A DNA stretch of 64,000 nucleotides. It comes from an uncultured virus (IMG/VR IMGVR_UViG_3300047548_000985). Its lineage: Duplodnaviria > Heunggongvirae > Uroviricota > Caudoviricetes. Positions 49,651 to 58,900 of this stretch are shown piece after piece. The position numbers and the translations under genes were made by a program. The stretch is from positions 1 through 64,000 of IMG/VR virus record IMGVR_UViG_3300047548_000985; one strand, given 5' to 3'. The notes below the pieces were generated by a model. It did not search any database. It was not told the origin of the DNA and worked only from the letters and a program-made list of their open reading frames with translations. Positions within the stretch are counted from its first letter, which is position 1; each line of letters begins with the position of its first letter.

Positions 49651-51713
49651 TTCAAATCAAACACGTTACGCTAAAAAACTTCCTAAGCATTGGACAAGCA
49701 ACACAATCTGTAAATTTTGACAGCAAAGATTTAACTCTCATCTTAGGTGAAAATTTGGATTTGGGTGGTGACGGTGCTCGTAACGGCACTGGGAAAACCT
49801 CTCTGATCCAAGCATTGTGTTATGGATTGTTTGGTCAACCAATTAACAATATTCGAAAGGATAATCTAATCAATCGTACAAATGGCAAAGCAATGCTTGT
49901 AACGGTTGATTTTAGTGTTGGGAAAAAGAACTACCGAATTGAACGGGGAAGGAAGCCAAACATCCTTAGGTTTTATGTTGACAACGAACAACAAAAAACC
50001 CAGGATGATGCTCAGGGTGAGAACAAAGAGACACAAGCAGCAATTGAAAAAATTCTTTGCATGTCACCTGACCTCTTTAGACACATTGTTGCCTTAAACA
50101 CCTATAGCGAACCTTTTCTGGCCATGAAAACAAATGATCAGAGAATGATTAGCGAACAATTGCTGGGCGTTACTCTACTAAGCGAAAAGGCAGAAAACCT
50201 AAAGACGCTAATCAAAGAAACTAAGGATTCAATCCAATCAGAAGAGTTCAGAATCAAAGCCATTGCGGAAGCAAACAAACGGGTATCTGAACAAATTGAA
50301 AGCCTAAAACGTAGAGAAAAACTTTGGATTGCCAAGCACAATGAAGACCTGAATAAACTTATCACCGAATACGATGAGCTATCCAAAATTGACATTGTAA
50401 CAGAATTGCAGGCGCACAAAGATTTAATGGTTTGGGTCGATGCAAAGAAACACAACGATGATTATGAATCGTTGTTGGCTCGCCAATCTGCTTGGAAACA
50501 AAAGCAACAAACGGATATCCAAACACTAGAAAAAAAGCTTGCGAAACTAAACAACGTTGATATTCTTTCAGAGCTAAAGGCGCATAAGGAGTTGGCGTTA
50601 TACAACCAACTTGTCAAAGATGCTGCAAACCAAGCGACGGAGAAAAAACGCATCATAAAGGATTTGGAGAAAGCCAAATCGCAAGTTACCAAATTCACCG
50701 AAGAGGTACAAACTCTTCTTGATCACAAATGTTATGCATGTGGTCAAGAATTTCATGATGCTAGTCATACTGAAGTACTTGCAAAGAAACAACAGTCCCT
50801 AGCAGAAGCAGAAAGTGATGCTACTCAATTGCAGAGTAAACTATCAGAACTGAATAATTCTGAGATTGTTGTAGGTGAAAAACCCGAAACTCATTATAAG
50901 CTTGAATCAGAGGCGTTTCAACATTCTGGATTGATTCAACAAGTCGAAGGACAAATCCGAGACAAAAAGAATGAGATTGATCCATATGCAGAACAAATTT
51001 CAGAAATGACTCTAATTGAGTTAGGAGAAAAACCCAAAACCCATTATACTACAGAGGCAGAGGCAGTAAAACATAGTTCTCGTGTAGATACTTTGGGATC
51101 GGAAATTTTAAAGAAAACCGAGGAGTCTGATCCATACTCAGAACAAATTTCAGAGATGGAGCAGAATGCAATCCAAGAAGTCAACTTTGATACTATAAAT
51201 GACCTGAATGCAAAATTAGATCATCAAAAGTTCATTCTTGATCTTCTAACCAGTAAGGATAGCTTTGTCAGAAAGAAAATTATTGACCAAAATTTATCAT
51301 ACTTGAATCGAAGGCTTACACATTATCTTGACAAAATGGGACTACCGCATCAAGTTGTTTTCAAAAACGACCTATCAGTCGAGATTACCGAACTAGGTAG
51401 AGACTTAGACTTTCATAATCTTTCCCGTGGAGAAATGTCCCGAGTGATTCTATCGCTATCATGGGCGTTCTTGGACGTTTGGGAATGCCTATACCAACCA
51501 ATTAACCTACTGTTAATTGATGAATTGCTTGATGGTGGCATGGATTCAATTGGAGTAGAAAATGCAATGAGCATTCTAAAAGAAATGAATCGCGGACGTA
51601 AGAAGTCGGTTTGGCTAATTTCTCATCGTGAAGAACTAGTTAGTCGTGTAGGTAGCGTTCTAAAGGTTGTAAAAGAAAATGGTTTTTCTACCTATCAAAG
51701 TGACGAGACATAA
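49647..51713 (+). CDS. gp46: recombination ATPase subunit (Rad50/SbcC-like)
   Basis: KNFLSIG, Walker A NGTGKT, zinc hook CYAC, signature LSRGE, Walker B LLLIDE, ISH. Confidence 0.93.
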   Translation: MIQIKHVTLKNFLSIGQATQSVNFDSKDLTLILGENLDLGGDGARNGTGKTSLIQALCYGLFGQPINNIRKDNLINRTNGKAMLVTVDFSVGKKNYRIERGRKPNILRFYVDNEQQKTQDDAQGENKETQAAIEKILCMSPDLFRHIVALNTYSEPFLAMKTNDQRMISEQLLGVTLLSEKAENLKTLIKETKDSIQSEEFRIKAIAEANKRVSEQIESLKRREKLWIAKHNEDLNKLITEYDELSKIDIVTELQAHKDLMVWVDAKKHNDDYESLLARQSAWKQKQQTDIQTLEKKLAKLNNVDILSELKAHKELALYNQLVKDAANQATEKKRIIKDLEKAKSQVTKFTEEVQTLLDHKCYACGQEFHDASHTEVLAKKQQSLAEAESDATQLQSKLSELNNSEIVVGEKPETHYKLESEAFQHSGLIQQVEGQIRDKKNEIDPYAEQISEMTLIELGEKPKTHYTTEAEAVKHSSRVDTLGSEILKKTEESDPYSEQISEMEQNAIQEVNFDTINDLNAKLDHQKFILDLLTSKDSFVRKKIIDQNLSYLNRRLTHYLDKMGLPHQVVFKNDLSVEITELGRDLDFHNLSRGEMSRVILSLSWAFLDVWECLYQPINLLLIDELLDGGMDSIGVENAMSILKEMNRGRKKSVWLISHREELVSRVGSVLKVVKENGFSTYQSDET

Positions 51714-51749
51714 AAAATATCGTATCATTAGACAATGATAAGTAGTTGT

Positions 51750-52319
51750 ATGCCATCAGCGTCAAAAATTAAAGGATCAGGATTTGAAAGGGAAATTGCA
51801 AAGTACCTTTCAGACCTTTACGGAGAAAGTTTCGTAAGGGCCGCACATTCAGGAGCTTTCGTTGGTGGCACTAACCAGACTCGCAAGGAGTCATTATCTG
51901 AATCACAGATCAGAGGTTTTAAAGGCGACATTATCCCGGGTGACAGTTTCTCTCTGCTAAACGTAGAGTGTAAATTCTACGGAGATTTCGCATTCCATAG
52001 TTTGTTTACTGGAAAACACAGCCAGTTAGACAAATGGCTTGAACAACTTCTTGATGCTGCTGATGAAGGTGATCTATCTGTACTTTTCATGAAGTTCAAT
52101 CGCCGCGGTCGTTATGTTGCAGTTCAAGCTGCATTGACTTGGGTGACTGACTTTTTCTTCTTCTACGGAAGCAAAAAGTACGGAGATTGGTATATTATGG
52201 AAATGGAAACATTCTTTAGGCTCAACAAAGACTTATTTAAGGCATATTCAGGCACCACGCCACAACTCAATACTGACTCAAATAATAGCTCAACTGATAC
52301 CAAATCTAACCCAACATAA
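51750..52319 (+). CDS. Holliday junction resolvase (Hjc-like PD-(D/E)xK nuclease)
   Basis: SKIKGSGFEREIA...F.R...SGA...GDI...VECK; ATAAGTA late-promoter-like motif at 51738-44 supports the ATG at 51750. Confidence 0.75.
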   Translation: MPSASKIKGSGFEREIAKYLSDLYGESFVRAAHSGAFVGGTNQTRKESLSESQIRGFKGDIIPGDSFSLLNVECKFYGDFAFHSLFTGKHSQLDKWLEQLLDAADEGDLSVLFMKFNRRGRYVAVQAALTWVTDFFFFYGSKKYGDWYIMEMETFFRLNKDLFKAYSGTTPQLNTDSNNSSTDTKSNPT

Positions 52320-52340
52320 AACTCAAAATGAGGGCCTTTG

Positions 52341-52902
52341 CAGTTCTAGTCCGATGAAGAAGTAGAGAACTGAGACAATTTGTTTGATCGGGGCTTGCTC
52401 GATCCTCCTTGAGATTGTACAGGTTGTGCTGTGCCGTCAGATTCTGGAGAAGGCGATGTTGCGAAGATAAAGCAACATTCGGAATACCGACAGGGCTCTC
52501 GTTATGAGTGCGAACCCTGAATGAGTCTATAGCTTACTCTGTTTATTGCGGCTATAGAACATGCGTCGATTTCAACTAGTAAACCGTATCACATAAAAAC
52601 TGGTATAGGTTGAAGCTTGAACTGCGGCCCCTATGAATACCTTACAGGTCGACCGGTGGCGGTGCATCAGCCAGATAATAGCTATTTGCATCGAGGGGAT
52701 AAACAGCAAAGGAGGAAACGAAAGTATCTTAACCTTTGGTAGTGCTGAAACAGCACTACCATGGATTCCTCGAAAGTGAGTAAAAGAAAGACAGATTAAA
52801 TATTACTCCTAATCACTTAAAGAATTATTAAGAATAAAAAAGAATCCTGAATGATTGCGAACGTAGTGAGCAAGAATGAAGGATTATTGACCGAAGGTCA
52901 AT
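52341..52902 (+). ncRNA. candidate large, highly structured non-coding RNA of unknown class
   Basis: ~610-nt gap with no ORF of 60 aa or more, GC-richer than its flanks, more than 10 stems including long-range nested pairings; G-U pairs and GAAA loops favour the + strand. Confidence 0.6.
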
Positions 52903-52932
52903 TACCTACTAAGAGAAATGAATAGCTATGGC

Positions 52933-55900
52933 TTAAGCTCTTGCGTAGTCCAACGACTTCCCTTGTAGTCTTGTCGATCTCTCTAGCAGATCAATCACCT
53001 CATCTAACTTACTTAAAATCTCACCTCCCATCTTTAAATTACTAGAATCATCAGGTCTTGCTTGTGCATTTACAGCGGAGATCAATTGATCTAGTTTTCC
53101 TGAAAGAGCGGTTACACCAGACATATCTCCTTGTGATAATTTTTGTTCATTTGCAATGTTCATAGGAGCAGGTGCTCTTGCCATTTGAACTCCAGCTGCT
53201 GTTGCTTGAGGAGGTTCAGTTGGTGGGGTCGGAGCAACTATTGGGGCAGTCGTAGGTGCTGTTGTCGGGGCAGATGCGACTTTAGGTTCAGGTACAGTTA
53301 CAGGCTTGTTTATGTCAGCAGGTATTGAACCAAACTGCGCTCTGTATTCATCCGCAAACGCCTGTGCCGCAGTCGTTGGTTTTTTCCTAGAGTTTGCAGG
53401 TGAAGCAGCCGATGCAACTGCGGTTGATCCAGTTGGTTGTGCTGGAGAGGTTGGAGCAGAGATTGAGCCGTCTAACTGTGCGTGTATATGACCACCGGTT
53501 GCGTTTCTACTGGGGTTATTATACTCATCAATTGCCCCACTGAATCCCATTTGTTTAAGCGCAGCAACAATTTGCTTGCCTTCTTCAACTGTTGGAGGCT
53601 TTGTCAAGGTAAAATCGACTGCTTTACCTTGAGTATGCATACTGTTTGGAGTTTCTCTGATATGGAAACGATCATTAAATCCAGTGAATGCATGGAATCC
53701 AGGAATAGAGGATTGAATCTGTTGGGCTAGCCCTATCATTCTGCTATCTAATGACGCATTAGGTGCCTGAACATCTCCTTGCTTTATTTTCAATCCGGCT
53801 GCTCTTAGCATTTCTTCGCTTGAAGTTATGCTTGAAGCAGCAGAAGCTACGGATGGTGTTGCAGGAGATGAACCTAGAAGAGCCAACGCATTATTTTTTC
53901 TGTTTGCAACTTCAGTCCCGGCTGATCGCTCGTACTTTTTATCTACTACGGCAGCGGCATCTTCTGCGGTTCTTGTTTGACGCAGAGAATCACCTGCTTG
54001 TTTCTCAGTGTTTTTTAGTTCCCAATCAACATATGCAAGTTGTTCTTCAAGGGTGGCAGATTTGACTTCTTTTCCGTACATCTGACGAAACCGTTCAAGT
54101 CTATCATTTCTCCATTGAGCGATTCCTTGTGCATTTTCTTTTTTGTTAAATGCAGTTGTTGACAGATCCTTACCAGATTCTTGTTGGAGATTACCAACAA
54201 TGCCCGCTGCTTGCTCTCTTGTCCATCCCTGTTTGATAAAGAACTCCATTGCTTTAGTAGCGTTTGGAGTTGCGCCTAACCCTGCTGCTGCATTCCCACC
54301 TTGTGTTGCAGCGGGTAACCCGCCTAGTTCCTTCATTCGGGATTGGGCAGCCGCAGTTTCTTTAGCAACACCTAAGTCTACAGCACCCTTCATTCCCATT
54401 GATGAAAGGAAGGTGTTGAATGCTTCGTTGTTTTGTTTAAACTTTAATGGGTCAATCTTTAAATTGGCAAACTCTTCGAATTTTTCGGTTATGGTCTTGC
54501 CGTCAAACTTCTTAGAAAGATTATCTGATATTGTGTTTGCTAACGTTGATCCCTTAACAGCCTTTACGTTAGAGAAGGCTTCCATGCCTTCAGCAAATGC
54601 TTTGAAACCTTCAGCCTTAGTTTTGAAGTCTTCAATGCTGCCCGTGATTTTTATCTCACTGAATTTCAAAAGTTTCTTAGCAAGATCATCAATGTTAATA
54701 CCAGCACCAAAAAAGTCGGCTATCTTGGAGAGCAAGGTACTTGAACCTGTTCCTGCTCCTTGATACGAACTTAATGCTTGATCGAATGCAGCCAATGCTT
54801 CTGCGTTTCTAGTAACTATCTCTTTGCTTACGTTGATAGAGTTAAATGTTTCTATTTTTTTCTTCAATGAGGCAAGATCAACGTTTAGGAAGTCAAAGTT
54901 ATTTAACCAAGCTCCTGCACCTGCACCTGCACCTTGGTAAGAGCTTAACGCTTGATCAAAAGTTTTTAGTATGTCTGCATTTACTATAATCTTTTCCTTA
55001 CTATTAGGACTAAATTGTGCAAATTCATCAATAAAACTTTTTATTCTCTTTGCTAAAGCTTCAAAGTCTACATTCAACGAATCGAAGTTATTTAACCAAG
55101 TACCTACTCCTGCTCCTGCTCCTTTGTATTCACCTATCGCAGAGTCAAACGCCTTTAAAATGTCAGCGTTCGATATTATTATGTCTTTCTTAGATGAGTC
55201 AATCTTTTGATTTTCAAATGATTTAATGAAGCTGTTTATTCTCTTTGCTAAAGCTTCAAAGTCTACATTCAACGAATCGAAATTTCCAAGCCAATTACTA
55301 ATGCTTCCGCCCTTGTAGCCACTCATTGCATCGTTAAATGCCTTCAGAGCGTTTGCATTTTTTGTAATTTTATCAGTGTCACCTAGTTCAAGCTTGCTAA
55401 AATCAATAAATCTATCCCAAGGTGTTTTGACTTCGAAGAACTTCGACAACCCTTCTGCGATTCCGATAGAAATAGTTGTACCACCTTTAAGTTTAGACAT
55501 TGCTTCGGCAAATGCTCTTAATGCTTCAGCGTTAGTTTTTACCTTGGGTGCATTTTCTATTGGTAACTTAGAAAACTCTACAAATCTGTCCCATGGGGTC
55601 TTGACTTCAAAGAAGTTTGCTAATCCTTCTGCAAGAACACCCGAAATTGTTATCCCACTCTTAAGGGCACTCAATCCTTCAGCAAAAGCTCTTAATGCCT
55701 CTGCATTGTTTTTCACCTTGGCAGAATCATCTATTGGTAACTTAGAAAACTCTACAAATCTGTCCCACGGAGTTTTAACGTCAAAAATAGAGAAAAGTTT
55801 TTCTGCTATTGCACCTGTAATTGAAGCACTTCCGTTACTTAGGGCAGCCATAGCTTCCCCGAATGCTAGTAATGCTTCTGCGTTTGTTTTTAGTTTAGGT

Positions 55901-58900
55901 CCGTCTATTGGAAGATTTGAAAAATCTGCAATCTTCTCAAATGGTGTCTTTCCGCCAAAGAACCCAACTAGCCCGTCGACGATACTCGATGCTACATTAG
56001 CAAAGCTTGCTGCCACACCACCGGCAGCAAATACAGCTAATCCACCGCCTAATGCGGTAATTCCTAATCCAACATCAACTAGGTTGTCACCATCGATTCC
56101 TGAGAATGCTGCCACTCCTTCGGCAAATGTTGGAAGTGCCTTGCCTATTAACCACATTGATGCAGCAGCTCCTGCAGAAATCAATGCGATTGCACCGGAG
56201 AAGATTGCGGCTCCTTTAAGTATTAATGGATTAGCGAACGCAGTAAGACCACCTGCAATTCCTTGTAAAATGCCTTGAATTGCTCCACCTGCTCCTGCTC
56301 CAATGCCTTGGATGAATCCTCCTAGTCCCTTTCCTAAGTCAGTTATCTTACTACCAAAGCTAGGTCCGGTGCGTTCTGAAAGAGAGGATAAATTATCCAT
56401 TCCCTTTGCTGACGTAGTAGGTAGATTTCCTGCAATACCTTCTCCGGCTTTTGCTGCTCGCAAGTCTTCAAAGAATTTTTTACGAGCGGCTTTCCCAGCT
56501 TCAGTTGATGCCCTGTTCCTGTATCTGATACTGCCACGTGTTTCCTTGAATGTTTTCAAAAATGCAGCATTATCTGCATCTCTTGCTTGTCGTTTTATAG
56601 AATCTCCTGTCCAACGAGGAGTTCCAATTCCTGTTGCAGCAGTGCTGACTGCCTTAGTAGCATTACCTGCTGTTGCTGCGGTATTTTCGGATAAGGTTGA
56701 TCCTAACTTTCCAGCAGCATCACCTAGTGGTTTTAATAGCTTCTTACTAAGGACAGTGGTAAGAACACCTGCTATTGCTATGCCAGCATAAGACCAGTCT
56801 AGTAACTTATTGGAATCTAATTCAATTCCAGTTTTATCTTTAATCCAATCTCTAAATGTATCTACTGCGGTACTAAATTTGTCAACACCACTATTAAATT
56901 GAGAAGCATTAGTTGCGTATCTTTCAATTGCTGCACCCAATTGAGTAAACACCATAGCTTGAAGCTTTGCTTGTGATTGTCGATCATTCTCAACTGCCCC
57001 AATGTATTTTTCTACATTTGGATCTAATTTTTCACCTCTCTTTTGAGCCTCTCTTTGATCTTCTACAAATTTGGCTATTGTCTCAGCGTCATCTTTTCCA
57101 GTTTTTTCTTTGACTGTTCTTCTCAACCCCTCTTGGGCACGGGTAAAATCATTTGCCGCTGCAAATGTGTCACCAAACAGAGAAGTAAATATGCCGCTAT
57201 CGATCTTAACTCCACCGGCGTATATTTTTTGTTGTTTGGTAAGTTGCTCACCTACCGTTAGCATCGCTTGTGCAGTATCCTGCTTCTCTACTGCCTGCAA
57301 TCCTCCTTGACCCATCATTGTTTGATAGGCTGCTGAATTCTTGTCAACCGCTCCACCTGCGGCGTAGTATCTAGCAGCACCTGCGGCTAGGTTAGTAAGC
57401 CCCTTTGCTTGTAGCTGAGTAGCAATATCTTCCGCTTTTTTTAGTCTAGCTGCCTTTTCGAAATCACCGCTTGCTTCTGCTTCGACTTGTGCAGCTCGCA
57501 ATTCGCTTATAGATTGAATTGCTTTTCGCGCTTCTTCTTGCTCTTTTCTAGTTGCACCTGTTATTGCTGCAAGTTTGTCAAGCTCCTCCATATAAGCATA
57601 TGCGCCTTTTGTAAGGTCTGCTTGTGACTTGTTTGCTAACGTTCCGCGTTTAGCTTCAGCAGCCATGTACTGCACAATATGCTCATTTTGCTCTTCAGTT
57701 GTAATACCTAAGCGTAATAAGCTTTTTCCTAATTCATTTGTGGGGCTCGTTATCGAACTAGCAACAGAAACAAACTTGTCAGCGCCATCCCCAACTGAGG
57801 CACCGAACAATTTCATTTCTTTTGCGTTATTGGTTATTAACGAAGTGTATTGTTCAGTGGAAATACCTAGCTTTTGTTGATTTCTAAAGATATTCTCAAA
57901 ACCGCCGCTAGTTGTTCCAGATACTTTTCCAAGCTCATTGAATGATTTGTATAAATCCTCGCCTTGTTTAGACGCAAGCTCGTTTAACTTTGCACCTGCT
58001 TTTGCCGTAGTACCAAATAATGCAAGCGCACCGCCTGCAAATCTTGCTGCTAGTCCTAATCCAGGAATGAGCATTAATGCGAAGCCGATTCCTTGTGCAG
58101 CACTTCCTAGTGTGTCTGCAAACTTGGTAGTGGCTTCGGCACTAACCATTGCACCTCGTCTACCCTCATAAATTGCAGAGGTGTAGCTCTTTATAGCAAG
58201 AACGCTTCCGCTTATTGCAGCCGTAAGCAGTTGTGTGGTTGCACTAAGGCCTATGTTCTGTTTATTTGTCTCTAAAAACTGCTCTGAAAGCTTTGATGAT
58301 GCTTCTCCTAACGAATTAATTCTCTTTGATGCGTATTGGAATCCTTCTAGGTCTAAATTCTTTTGTCGTTCTATTCTTTCTAAAACTTTTTCTAGCTTGT
58401 CAGTATCAACTTCCGCGCCTTTTCCGATCTGTTCGGCGCCCCTTGGTATTTTTAAACTTTGTCTTTCGGCTTTAGTTAAACCTAGTTCATTTAGCTTTGC
58501 TAGCTGGTCATTATCAAGTTTTACAGTAGATCTACCTTCAACTTTAGCCTTTTCTAAAACGTCGTTTAGGTCAATATCCTTTTCAAGAAGGCCTTTTCTT
58601 TGATTGGATCTAAGATCGTTTACAGGAGATGCAGCAGAGGTAGTAGCTCCTGTTATTTCTACTAACTTTGCCTGAAGATCACCAAATATATCAATCAACG
58701 CTTCTACTTGATTGTTGTATTCCTTTTGAAGAGGTATTGTCTTCTCTTTGGTTAACTTTTCCTCCTCTTCACGAAGCGGAATGGTCTTTTCTTTTGTATG
58801 TTGATCTACTGCTTCAAGAGTTGTGTCGCCTTTGACTGTGGTTTTTAATTCAGGTAGTTTAAATAAAGCAAGTTGGTTTCTAAACAGGTCAAATGCGTTT

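Noticed and set aside
52341..52372. Hammerhead ribozyme (CCGATGA resembles CTGATGA)
   Set aside because: The core is mismatched and there is no properly placed GAAA or three-stem junction.
52380..52780. tmRNA, RNase P RNA, tRNA or group I/II intron identity for the structured region
   Set aside because: Only partial look-alikes (GATTCTGGA, GAGGAAA) are present. I found no T-loop/CCA end, RNase P P4 partner, group I P7 or group II domain V, and no interrupted host gene.
3974..58603. Many + strand ORFs of 60-300 aa opposite the large minus-strand genes (e.g. 7901..8602, 55376..56278, 54143..54763)
   Set aside because: These are antisense shadows of biased codon usage in the real genes; they lack SDs, promoters and recognisable motifs.
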